From the NCBI GenBank assembly GCA_000934665.2, contig JYFJ02002340.1, positions 1 through 58,722 on the forward strand: a stretch of DNA of 58,722 nucleotides. Reading direction: 5' to 3'. The DNA is from Catajapyx aquilonaris (taxonomy: Eukaryota). The notes beneath the pieces are model-generated. The model was not told the DNA's origin, ran no database searches, and worked only from the letters and a program-made list of their open reading frames with translations. Positions 26,340-40,100 of this stretch are shown in pieces. Position 1 is the stretch's first letter. The number at the start of each line of letters is the position of its first letter. Position numbers and translations under genes: made by a program.

Positions 26340-27130
26340 TCCAATTATTATTGGGACCGTCCACTTGGACGTAGTTGTATGCTGAATAATAGGTCATAGT
26401 GGAAGACGTTATTACAAGACATGCCATGGGTACTTGGGTACTTCAATACTCATCTAGTACGCCGGATATGGAGGAAGAGCAGACAAACCCTTACACAAGT
26501 CAACAACATACGCTCAGTATCGTAACAAATTAGCGAACGTAATTATGCTGGCGTTTTATAGCATGTCAGGAGATAATAGGTCCTCCAAAAACTTCCAACC
26601 ATAAAACCACGAGATACTGTACATTGAAAAAGGGGGCCTAAATAACCAGTCAAGGGTTTAAATACCGCAAGGGACGCATCCACCAAACACAGTACATTAG
26701 GTCACGCAACTACCTTTTTCATTCACATTCAATGCATGGTACTGAAGGCGATACGGAACCCAGTCTTTCGACGTACACAATGTCACAGTGTTCACATGTC
26801 ACAAGACCACCAAATCATTGGTATCCACGTCGCAGACTAATGGTCTAATCTATCGCTTGTCCGAATGTTTCACGGTTTCATGATTTCAAAGTAGCAATTA
26901 CCACCAATCTATCTGTCATACGGACACAGTACTCTCGGTGCATTACAAAAACAATCCAAATGCATCAGTAATAAAGTAAGCCATTGCTGGTGTAATTGAA
27001 GAACTTGGCTCAAATGTTCCTAATAATTAATCATCAATAAGAAGTGGGTCACTTCAGTGTTGCACCACCTTGAAAATACCTTCATATTCCTGATTAAGAA
27101 CATGTTAATTTAACACACCCAATTTAAGAA
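26340..27130 (+). repeat. Segment duplicated at ~42240-42480 and ~43200-43650
   Basis: Shared GAATAATAGGT.A.AGTGGAAGACGTTATTAC, ATCCACCAAACACAGTACATT, CTTCATATTCCTGATTAAGAACATGTTAA. Confidence 0.85.
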
Positions 27131-27139
27131 CCAATCATT

Positions 27140-27394
27140 TATAACTTTTGTAAATAAAGTTACACATCACTTCCTCACATGTACAGTAACTTACAACTCG
27201 CTACGTAATGACGCCATGACGCGCTGTGGTGGTGAAGACGGAGGAGGAGGTCCCTCCCAAGAAGAGTGTGTCTCACGGAAAGAGCCGGTGGTGGTGTCCT
27301 GCCTGAGTGACCACCAGTCCCAATAAACACATTACGGAAATAAACCTACTTTGAACTACTTCTGAGGTCTTTATGTGTACCTAACCCGGTTACA
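27140..27394 (+). mobile_element. Possible solo LTR
   Basis: Ends GTTACA, starts TATAAC (decayed TGTAAC), two AATAAA in the 3' half, imperfect CATT/TATT flanks. Confidence 0.4.
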
Positions 27395-30300
27395 TATTGT
27401 CCCCCTACAAAGAATCAAGAAGTGCTTTCTTCCGAATGGCAGTTACATGGAATCCTGGCCCAGCAGTCGCGACCATGTGACTGACAACAATACACCTCGA
27501 CAATATATGACATTTAAACTGGGCTAACAGTGTGATATATGTGTCTATAACTTTCACTATTCCTGTACCGTTTGTTCACTCCCCATCACCCTCGGGGACA
27601 TCACCATCAACAAGTCGTTCTCCATCGTGAAGACGTCCATATTGCCCGTGGTGTTAGCCACGGACTTTCTCCTCCACTTCGAATGCATGATGGATTTTCA
27701 TCGGAGGATACTTATTGGCAGTTATCGATGCTTTCCAATGACTAAATTTGAGAATAGTGCAATCTTCAGGTAGCATTTGATTTTTACCATATTCTACGGA
27801 CAATTGTCCTTCTTTACAATTACATACTCGTCTAATGAGAAAATGGTGGGGAGGTGGATATGACATTATGCCCACCACTAATGACGTGCATATTCAACTT
27901 GATGCCAATACCCCTCTCAACGATGACTCCAACGCCGTGATACGACTATGCTGAACGCAGCTGGAGAACTGGATATAGAAATGTTACAAAATCGGGCTTT
28001 GTGAACGTTACTTTTAATTGTTCCTGTTTTTATAGTCAGTCCAGTTTTTTAAAATGCTACTTTTCTCCCTGCCAATGACAAGCCAGACACGGGCCAGACG
28101 GGAGTCCGAGGGGGTGAGCAGTTGGCAAGCGAACCCTCCGCCACCCAGGTCTGAGCCCCGTTTACAGAGTCAGCCCCTTCCGCAACTACCTCTTCGAGGC
28201 ATTGTCAACTATGTAACCAGAGGAGCTCCAGGGGAACACTTTGAGCCAAACTTAACATTGAAATTGTCGTATTTGGTATGGGAGGACATAATTCTGCATT
28301 AGCGCACACCATCCATCGACAATACGACTCTTCTAAGAATAACCTAACGATATAACGATCTGAAGGCAGAACCTCAGAAAATCGGCTGGAACGAGACACA
28401 CCACAAATGGCCACCTGACGACGCAAAGAAGGTAGGCCCAACTGAATGTGGGAGGCGGAGTTCATCAGCAGTATACAAAACTGTCAGCAGCACTATACTG
28501 AAAACCAAATGATCCATGCCCAAAGTACTGGAAAAACTAGTAGAAATTGATCTATGGTTCAAGCAATAGGAATGACGATAAAACAATTCAATAAATAAGT
28601 ACTTGAAAGACTTATCGAAAATAAAACAGTAAGACAGTGAGAGCATCTGTCTCTTTAATCCGCTTTAATCTAACCCATCGAAGGACTTGTTTACTCCTCA
28701 GTCCCAAAGCAAAGGCTAAAGAAATAAACCACGATACAGTTCTTATTACTGCAGAAAATAATTAATGTGCATGTATAATAATTGTGGAAGGTATGTTATG
28801 CGTTATATTAATAATGTCTTCGTTATTCAAGCATCTAAATGTTTTTCATTATCATGAATCAAAACACATTTCAGTTGAAGCTACTTACAGTATAATATTA
28901 TGTACTTACGATCAGTTCCAATCTTCTATGAATTCCTCTATAATCATCACAAATCACAATGTTTGTACTCTTGTTCTTGAGACTTCAAACATAGCCCACA
29001 GGACATGAAATCCGTAAGTTTAAATCCCACAATCGGCTGAAACGGAATAGTTTGCAACTGTAGAGATTACCGTTGATTTGAATCAGTGGGACACATCAAA
29101 TGTACGTACTTGTGTACCACATTGAAAAAGAAAATACGAGCAGCCAGTCTCCATAAAATCATTCAGTGAGTCCCAATAAAACTTTCCCCATATTCTGAGA
29201 GTGCAATTTAAATGGTGCACTTTTGACAATGAACCCTTGATGTTCATGATTTCATTTGGTTGTCATTTACAAGGTTATGTGATTTATTAAAACACTTAGA
29301 AGCAACAGCATAACTAGGCAAGATCAATTGCAATTGTCATAATCTTAACTCATTTATCTATAATAATCAGAACTTACCAAACACCACACTAATTATTTTG
29401 TAATGGCGTAAATATTATTCTCGGATAAAGAGAGCAATGATGTCCATAACCAGGACTGTCTATCAATATCAGAAAAGGCAAGAATATAAGACACAACTGA
29501 ATCAAGTTCACGGGTAGAATATGACCAGAACATGTGGTACATACTCATGAATATGCGTGATATCACCAGGTGAACGTGCTCCAAACTCCAGGGTCAAGCA
29601 TTCATGTGTTACAATGCATCCATTCAACTGCATCATTGTCATATTGCAGTCACATTCGGAAAAGACGACCGAAATATTGCAAATCATTCAGCACTTTCAA
29701 GGTAAGGTTAAGAAGGTATACGGAAAACATGCGACGACCTAGGTATATTTGGTCACCCAACTGCATTGTTCAATAAAATTATCATCACATTTACGTACAT
29801 GAGAATGAAAAAAATTTCTGTGGCCAACTTTATTGTCACATGGTCCCAGTTGACACGATTCCCTACAGTCCACTTGTTAAGGAAGCTTTACAGGTCTATT
29901 ATATGACAAATCTCGAAACAGGTAACATAACATGTCCCGTCTGATCTGTCTTTGTTACGTGACAATATGCTACAAGTATTTTAATGCACTCAATATTTTC
30001 CACCATCAAAAAATTTGCTTTATGGGAGCAATAATCCGAACGACACGATACTTTGATAAATACTCAGCACCTATAACTCTTGCTTTTCACAATAACTTAT
30101 TTGAAACATTATCGACACATATCTATGTATTTTAATCTATCAGGTATTACGTACTATACTTTGGATGGTTTCCGTCAATTAAAAGCCTACATTTAAGTTG
30201 TAAGAATCAGCCACACCTGAATACAAAGCAGGGCTATGTTAGCATAACCAAAATGATACAACATGAAGAAAGCACCAAAACCTTAGTCCTAGTGAAATGG

Positions 30301-32239
30301 TTTCATGGTACAAACGTTGGAAGCATTAACAAATACCGTACATTTGGTCACGTATCTATACTAATCATTCACATTCGATGCATAAGAAGAGCAGAAGTTG
30401 CAGAGTGCCTCTGACCCTAGCCACAGATGACCATTCTTACCGGGTTCGGGAGAAAAGTTATGGAGACGACGCGACGCGACGTGACGCCGACGAAATGACC
30501 ATCTTAACATTTGCGGACCAAAATAGGACTGATCAGGAGCTGACATGGCGAGGGCAGGATGCAGCACCCATATTGACATGGAACAAATCATACAAGAAAA
30601 TGAGCCCACATGGAGGGGCCACCGGTCAAAAGGACTGCAAATTTGGTTCAAGTTATACGAGTTGAAGAAGTTGTACCAGATACTATGATGCAACCCTTTA
30701 GTCATTTTTCCCCCACTTTTCCTGACTGTTTCTGTTTATCTTCGTAATCATCATAAAAATGTGTGTTGACATAGCATGTGCCCCTCAGACAGGTCAATGA
30801 TATTGAGGACAGGGTATCAGTTCTATGAACAAATCCATCATTTGAATTGAGGCACCATGTGACTATTTGAATTCACTTGTGGCTTCTTAAGAAATTATAG
30901 GCTTAGGAAATCTTTTAATCTAATCATTTATATTATGCACTATCGCACGTCTATATCCATCGACAATGCAACTCGTGACATCAATGGAGAATCTCAGGAA
31001 ATATGACGACCCGACATGAATAAAAGGCCGACAATATAATTATGCAGAGAAAGTGATGTTCCTTGTTCACGAGTGACCTTATCTGCCCGAAGCCACACAT
31101 TTCTTGACGATCAATCAGCCGCACACCAGGCTTCAGCTAATAACTGAAATACAAAATGCCCCGTATTGAAGTTCTGCTGTATTACAGTATTTTGGCACCA
31201 TTGTCATAATTATGTTGTAATCTTCGGAAAACCACAGTACAGTGGGAAACCATTCACAAAGTTCACAGGGCAGTATCAGACGAACAATCAATGGCAACAT
31301 TAAACATCGCTTTTTAATTGTGGCTATATATAATTGTGGAGAGTAAGGTAAGTTATACGGATACATTATTACTGTGTTCGTACTCAGATCACTCAAATGT
31401 ACTGCATCATCAGCCATCAAAACTAGTTTCAGTTGAAGCCTTATGCACTTGGTGCAAGTCCAGGATCTGCAGTTTTTACTGCCTTCGCCGCTGTTGTTGT
31501 TCCCACGAAAGGACGGAGGAACACAAAGCAGTGTACTCAAGAAAATGGAAGCGTAATTACACATGGGGCAGCAAGAAGTCAAAGTTGGTACTGAAGAAAC
31601 AATCGGTACAGTGACACACTATACTGTACTGTACTCCCGTTGGTACCACATACGGTATATGGCACACATTACAAACCGTCCTCATCAGTGTCCCGATCAC
31701 TTATACCCATATTTTACCATTTCTAACAATGAAGCACCAAAATAACTAGTGAAATGGTTTATTGGTAAAAAGTAGGGAAGCATTAACAAATGCCGTACCA
31801 TTTGGTCACGCACTCTATTAATTCGCAATTAAATGGTTAAATAAGAACAGAAGTTGCAGAGTCTCACGACGCACACCTATTTACTATATTGTATTGACTG
31901 TTACAGGATCACCAGAAGTCCAGAACCAAACCATTTGGATCCATGACCCAGACTATCCATTTGCGTTTATTTTGTGGAAACATTTGAGGAATGATCATTG
32001 ATCACAAAGGTACGGTTTCTTTACAAAAGCAATGCTTTATTTTCGTGACAAGAGTGAAATCGATATGGAGCATCTATTCGGTGTTAAGTCATACTGACGC
32101 AGGAACAATTTATAACGGGTGATTTGGCATCAGAGTGGAGATATTTAAAAAAAAAAACAAAAAACGAAATTTTTGTGCGCAACGCACATTCTAAATTATG
32201 CAAGCGTCTGTAGGAGATGGTGGCGACCAACAAGGCTCA

Positions 32240-33700
32240 TGCAAACACTGTCCACACTGATGACTTCTGTCCATCAAAAGAAATTTCACACGCTAAAGAT
32301 GGGAATATCAGAATATAAGAGCCAAACCGACGGAATCTTCCATAAAATCCATTCCGACCATCAGGGGATTACAAAAAATAATTACCTTTTTAAAAATAAG
32401 TTAGTCGAAAATAAAGCACAAATCACTGCTAACTACTGCCAGTTGCCGAAATTGTCATATGAATATTGGATGCACCCATTCATCTACATTAAATGTCATA
32501 TTGTTATTTTGCAGCACGACCAACGCTATCACACAAGAGGGACATCCTAGTACTGCTGAATGAGAGCTTGCGCCAAATTGTAGAACATGACCCCAAGGAG
32601 AATAAACAAAGAGCAGATAGAGACAATTCGGAGGGTTTGCAGAGGGTGTTATAAAACTTCCTTTACCACTATCAAGGAACATGACTCAAGAGCATCGCGA
32701 CACTGAGAATGACAGACTCTATATTGACTGTCTTGATGTGACTGAATTGAATACACTCCAATAAGGAACGTTACTGACAATCTATGAGTCACCATGACTG
32801 CTATGAATAAAACTTATGCTGAAGTGACAGTTAAAAAATACACTATATGCCACCCTAAAATAACTTGCACTATATTGTTCCCACAAAAACCTATTGTTTT
32901 AAAACATCCAAACAAATGAGATTTTAAAACTGCATGCTTTTTGGTAAATGTTGTTAAACAATTTATGTACACTTACTTGTTAGAGCAGGTTTTTACCATG
33001 CAAACTCCTTCCCACAATGTCTTTTTTTCACTGTTTATTAATAAGTATTTCATTCTTCTTAAATCACGAAAATATAAAATGAAAGAGCATAATTACGTCC
33101 CACAGGCAGACCAATGAGGTGAGTGAAGGATATCAATTCAATGAACAAATATTTCCACCATTTGAATTGATGCGACGCCTGATAATTTGCATAAAGCTGA
33201 GGTTTGTAAAAATTACAATTAAAGGAAGGTTGAATCTCACAAACACATTATAACACATTTATAGGCATGTGATGATTCATAGTATGTATGTGACGGGGGC
33301 CTTTCGACCTCAAGCTATTTTTCATAATGATGCGGTATACCTAGATAATTTTGTAAAACAATGTAATAGTGTGATCACTCATCAACACTGCCACATGCAT
33401 GCAGAAAAGGGTCCCTTGTCATCAGAGTCCCTGGTATTAAATAACTCTTACAGTAAAATAATTTCAACCATCATTTTTACCTCGGGTTCATCTTGTCCCT
33501 TCAAATGTTGTAGCAACAAAAAATGTAAACCAGATAATGAACTGCACTGAATTACATGCATTCATATGATTAAATGTGGGACCTTTCCTTACAGTTTGCA
33601 TCAATGCATTACTACAACTCCATAAATCATTCAGTGAGAGACAATGAAACTTTCCCTGCATTATTCTGCCAGTATAGTGTAAGTAAAATGGTGCAATGCT
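32240..33700 (+). repeat. Segment duplicated, with insertions, at ~46620-49090
   Basis: Colinear blocks CGAAATTGTCATA.GAATATTGGAT.CACC, CTGAATGAGAGCTTGC, AATTTATGTACACTTACTTG, TTGTCATCAGAGT, GCACTGAATTACATGCATTCATATGAT. Confidence 0.9.
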
Positions 33701-33865
33701 CTATGGCTATAACAACATTTGGTTGTAATTTGAAAGGCCAAGATGAGCTAAGAGGGCGTATCATGCGCGTCACTGAATATTTCTTAATCAACTCCCATCA
33801 CAGCATCAAAATATGCTGCTTCATGACGACAATCTACGAGCAGATGATGTAACCTGCTACTCTTA

Positions 33866-34100
33866 CGAGGGGGGTTCATTAAACATTTCCCTTGACCCAC
33901 TTCCGGTTATTGTAGGAGGATGAAATTTCGAATGCGTAATGATACATATGTCTCTAGGCGACGTGATAATTTGCAGCTTTGCAGCTCTGAACTCCGAATA
34001 GTTTCTCGGTTACATCTGCCAACGTTGAGTAAGGTGTGATCATGGAACCAGTTGAGTGCAGAGCGGTCATCAGGTTCATGTACTTGAATGGCCGCACACC
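33866..34100 (+). mobile_element. mariner 5' end fragment
   Basis: TA-CGAGGGGGGTTCA TIR-like start; ATG at 34042 gives MEPVECRAVIRFMYLNGRTP, a typical mariner transposase N-terminus; truncated against an LRR-relic module. Confidence 0.8.
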
Positions 34101-37100
34101 ACCATGGTTATAATCGAAATAATATCAGCCTCCTACCGAAAGGGAACCTGGCCTCTAATGGGGTACAACGAAGCCATGAATTATACATCCGGCCACTAGT
34201 GACAGCAAAGTTTCTTTAAAATTATACAGTAATCTTCTTGGACTTGTGGAATATGATCCAAAAAGGGAGCCAACAAATTATTTCAGTGAGCCACTGGAAA
34301 AGCTTCCCTATTCATTTCACAAATGTAATCTTCCGGGGCAAATAGCACCAGAAGACACGCACGACAGAGAGACTCTCCATACGAGTGCCATTTTGATAAT
34401 GATCGACAACTCCTCCTTCATATACTGTATGGTGTGCCTTGGCCACAGATGTCCGACACAGATGGCGACGCGACTGCGACGGTGCCAAACCCACTAACTC
34501 TCGTAACATTTGTGGACAGGGAGCAGAGTGTCAGGTCTTCCATAACTATTCGCACCACGACGGACGCAAGAGGCGTCGAAGAATATTAGATCAAAATCGA
34601 GTAAATTCTAGAGAGTTTTAGATGGAATATAACGATACGGAAATTATTGGTGTGTTGTGGCACCTTTTCAGAAGTGGTGTGGACAACAACATTGCAGAAA
34701 TCATTGCAAATGATCTTATGTAAGCTGACATTGACAATGGCTCAAGACGGGTAATGTTGCACAGGACATCAATGTGAATCTTTTACACAGAAAAAAACAG
34801 GATATTAATCTACGAGTGATAAATAGCAATAGTATAGGCCTAGATGGTTTTTGATACAAGACACTATGTGTAGGGCGCCGTAATTTCTATGGGAGGAAAC
34901 ATATTTCTGCATCCATGGACAACAGGGAACTCCTAAGACAGCAATCAGCAAAGACAAAGAGCCGGTGAATTGCTGTGGAAAACGATTTATACTCGGTCCA
35001 TTGCTGCACATTATCTTGATATGCACAAGTAGCCTGATAGTAGCCTGATATTAAGTACATACATATATTAGATATAAAAAAGGCATCCATACATTACGTA
35101 GTTGTGCTTCCAGAATGTCTGTCTTGCAGAATATTCCTCAGAGTATCGTCCCTAGGGTGCAACAGTCGAATGTTACCTGTCATGTGTGACAAAATGCCGC
35201 TTCCATATTTAAGATTGGTCCACAAAGAAGTAGTGAGATAATGTTGTCCATATCCGATCATTTACACCATCCCACTGTGTGTCACCCTGAGAGCTACGCA
35301 ACTGTTGAAAAAGTTAAAAGCAGTCCCCGTAGATGCCGCTATAAGAAATCCTACGACATGGCTGCCATAGCTTATTCAAATGTGTCCAGATCAGAGGAGC
35401 TCCAGGGGTGAACTTTGGTCCAAACTCAAAATAATGGTATTTTGGATGGGAGGGTATAAATCTGCATTCGAGAGCACCATCCATCCACAATACGATTATT
35501 CTCAGGATAACTCAACGACAAAGCTATAAAGAGAAAACCTCAAAAAATAGGACCACACACTGGCCACCTGACGCCGCAAAGAGGCAGAAATGGGTGCATA
35601 TTCAACTTTATTTCCGAATGAGATGCTTCGTAATGATCAAGAGAGAGCCATATCAAAACGAGCAGACTCCACACATTCAATAAAGGTGCAGAGATGAAAT
35701 CAGAAGCAACACTTAATTAAATGGATTGGGCCGTGCCTTAGTGAGATGAGAATATTATATGACGCACCGAAGACAGGAGCGCAACCAAAATGGGCCGCGG
35801 AGGATTTAGTGATGGTTCACAGTGCCGGACGAGCAGCGGAAACTACAACGAAGATGGAAGGGGCCGGCGACGTGTAATTAAAATGGCGCACTTACGTTAT
35901 GACCCCTAGTATCCTCTATGGTTGTGGTCACATTTGGTTGTCATTTACAAAGAAATGTCTTTGACAACCTTATAGAACATTTAGGAACAACAGCATAACC
36001 AAGCAGGATCAATTGCTATATGTTATCCTGTTCTCAACCCAGTTATCTGCAAAATTCTGCATACTCTGAACCTATTAGATAAATTCAACACAACTGCGAC
36101 ATGTAACAAAGCCTGGTCGCCAACTATGAGACATATAATCTATTTCGAATGCTGCCTTCTGCGTCGAATTTAGTGTCTGGTTATCGTACCCAGATACACC
36201 AGCACGTAAACCATCTGCAATGAAAAAAGGATGATAAGTCAAGAATGCGCCTAGCATGATAGTCCTAACCACACTGAATATTCAAGACACTTTATTCCTA
36301 GCCGAGTCCCATCACAGGAACAAATCCAAACGACATATTACAGCCAGTCTGGAGCCACATATTAACATTGTGAAGATTGACGTGAGCTACAATAAGGTCA
36401 TCTTCATTAAATGCATGGCGACTATCACGGGTCACATTGGATATTATTCGCCAATAGTGTTATAGGCTGAAGTCTCTGCAGCATTGAAAGCGCCGAAAAG
36501 AGTGCCAACCCGAATGAAATCCAAGCCCAACTATCACTTGCTATATGTGCCAGTATTACACACCCTGACATATATCGCTAGTCAAAGGCAGAAAATAATG
36601 CCGAAGAGTAAATAGATACATAAAGACGACAATATTCGCAGTAATATAATAGCGGCATACACCACACTGATGTCTCTCAGGAGATGTTGCCAGGCGCGAC
36701 AATAACAGCGCCCTCCAGGCAACCCACCTTACGTAAAATTGAGGACGCCGAATCAGGTACGGCAAAACGCAACCAGGATTTGTAGTCTAATTACATTTAT
36801 GTTTTACATCTTCAAAGACCTGCGAAAACGGAACCAAGGCTTGCTAAGGTTGACATGACACTTGATAAATTCTGTGGGCTTGTACTCTTTCCTTTCGCAA
36901 GTAAGTGAAACCTTATCAACAAGCTATCGAAAGCTTTTAATCTACGCATGATACATTCCAATAATGAATGCTTCTTGATATGTGAACCTATATAGTCGTA
37001 TTGGAATGGGAGGAAATATTTCTGCACTAGCACACCATCAATATTGACAACACTGCATTCCTCCAACAACCTGCTGAGCCAGGAGAGTTAGTCGAGCAGA

Positions 37101-40100
37101 CGAGACGTAACACAAGCTCTCGTCTTACAATCCCTGCACACAAAGAGCTGGTGAATTGCTGTGGAAAACAATTTAGAGTCGGTCGGAGGCTGCACATTTC
37201 TTGATATGCATAAGTAGCCTAATTGCATCATAAAGATGCTCAGTTTGTCAAATAACAAACCCAAAAAAAGACTTCATAACAGATCTCACAAAAGGCCTCA
37301 CTTGAGAAAACCATGCATTCAGAGGCGGTCTTCACAAAATGTCTCCATAATATTAACATTCTGCAGCAACACCTTATTTATATGTTATTGTTCTAGTACA
37401 TTACCCGATATGAAGAAATTGCAAAGTTGTACGAAATCCAGGACACACATTGTTACTACATATGTGTTAAGGGTCCATACTTGATGGATTTGGGCCTTGA
37501 TTCATAACATTAGTCTTCAGAGAATTATGGAGTAACTAACAGTAAGTGATGTGTCCCAATTCACACAAAAGGACTTCAAGGTTCACAGATAAATATCCAG
37601 ATGAAGCCAGCGTGAGACAGAATGCATCACTGCCAGATTATCTTTTATATTTTTTTATGACAAAGGTAGACGACGAAAAACATTTTGTGTCACGTACATA
37701 TCACGAACTATTATTTCATTGTTTTTTTAAAAAAATACTAATAAGCATGATATTACACATGGTAATATCCCATAGGTATTGCTGCCTCATTGTGCTACCA
37801 TCATTATTTCCTCTTTTTTATGTTCCTCTTTCTTTTTGAATGCTATGCTGAGTGTTATTCAGCACTTTGTACAAAACTAATGAAACCCCACGCAGGTGAA
37901 GCCATTCCAACAAATATTCTTCTCAACCATACTCTATTCAAAATAAATGGTGCAGTTAACGTGGGATTTGAAGCCATTAGACACGACTAAATAGTAACAA
38001 ATAGTGCTAAAGTTGACCTGGGAAACTGCCATAACATGGACGCCGCATACAGTGATGAAGAGGTATTGGAGGTAAATTGTGGGAATAATTGGGAGCCTGG
38101 ATTGTGCAACGCACGCTGGGACGTATGACCCAACAAAAAAGGCTAATCAGAGACTACATGATCAAGGCGAGCGGCAGGTGGATTGGACACCGGACAGTGA
38201 ACATCCGTAAAAGACATAAGAACACAACACAGAGACTCATGAAGGCAGAGAGAACATGGCACAAGGATATCGCTTTACCCCTTGGTGAGACACATAACAA
38301 GTGCTTGGAAATTAACAATTTCGAAACAATTTGGATACTTACAATAATACCTGTCCAGATCAGTCGGAAAGATTACTATGTGCAGAATGGCAAACTAATA
38401 TTAGCAGACATCACAACAGATTAGGTCAAGTAGATTTGATCGATTTTTAGAGCAAAAGAGTTGTCATTACCAAATAATAAGTCGCACGTAATATCTATGA
38501 AATTTCACCAGAATGACGTACCAATTTCAGTCAGTTATAAGCACGATTGTGATGAGGTTGTAACAGAACAGGTCATTATTAACAACAACAACAACAATAA
38601 TTCATAATCCATTACTTTCATACATTGTGGATGAGTAATATTCACATGATTTTACGCAGATAAATATGTTAGAGAAGGAGTTGAGGCCTATCCCAAAAGC
38701 GAACAACAACGTCCCACTCATAATAATGTGATTGGTTCCCAAAAGGAGGCTGGCAATACTCGTTATAAGATACTTAAATATTAATATGACCTTGTTTATA
38801 GGTTGTACACTGTCTGCAACTCTACATGGTAGGCGTACGGCCAGCCTCACGTACGACGGTTGGGGGGAGGGGGAGGTTTAAAAATGCGGTGGTCTGGCAA
38901 TTAACAAGTGATATGTGAATGACCTATCGGTTATAATATAATAAATTGTCAAAGGATGGCGTACAGGTACTTCTGATGCGAAGGCCAACCACTTAATGTC
39001 GAGTAAATGTCATGGATCGCGGTCATATTATCCTCAACTTGAGTCCCGTGTAAAGAGAATCGAAGAAATATTTTCGAAAGGTCCCATTTAAGCCTGTCAA
39101 AATTCATGTGATTTCTTGCACAACTTCGCATTCAGAATGTGTAACACATTCAAGTGCGATTAATTTTACCAGTTCAGATTCCATGTCAAAATTAATTTCA
39201 GATTCGGTAAATTAGGATCTTTCTTATTACAACGATGTCCTTAATGATCCTATATCAATATGAACAGAACACTTTTCACATACCAATTTGGTTTGGTACC
39301 ACCAGGTGATAGCACTCAGGAAGTTACATGGCCCGGGAAAAGGTACTGAGTACAGGTACACCCTGTGTATGATTAAACATGCCATCCGAAAAATCTGCTT
39401 GGTTATAGGATCCTCCCTCAGGGATATTGCGAAGTACATTGCAAAATATTACTCGTATACCCACAGATGAAACGGGAATGAAAGAAAACGCCATGCTTGT
39501 GGCAGAAACGATTTATCATTCCCGAAGCGATGTGCAAACCTGGTTGGGTTAACATCAGGATATAGGTTGGGCCATCCACGGAAATGTGCAGGAGAGAAAC
39601 GAGGCGTGAATCGCCTCAATGCACAAGTCTCGTTCAAGCCTCGCATCGCCTGCGGCCAGTACATGTTAATTGTACTCTGGTTGCGATAAATATAAAGCCT
39701 GCTTACACATTGTTATTATAGATTTGAGAAATAGACGGGCGGACACTTTGGTACAGTATGACCTCCAGCATTGTCGACATGACGACACTGCCCATCCCAT
39801 AGTTGCTGTTTCGTCTGGAGTTAAGGTACTTAGGTACTCCCTAAGGTATTTATGGAGAACAAGATATGTCATAAGATACAGCCGCACAAGACACAGCTGC
39901 ACAAGACATAGCTGGCCGTTGTCTTCATCCCGGCTACCCTAAATGAGACCATACCCACACTGATAGTAATCCTTCAACTTAATGATGTCACAATAAACAA
40001 ACATTGCTCAAATAATATGGGCAATAAGTAAGCAGCGACGGTTATGCGACTTCCCAAATACATTGCAACCAGCGAATCAACAATCCGCACAATTATACAA

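Noticed and set aside
30940..31120. NACHT-like minus-strand motifs (IVDG, E.CGF)
   Set aside because: Wrong order for a NACHT domain and no Walker A; the plus-strand reading fits better.
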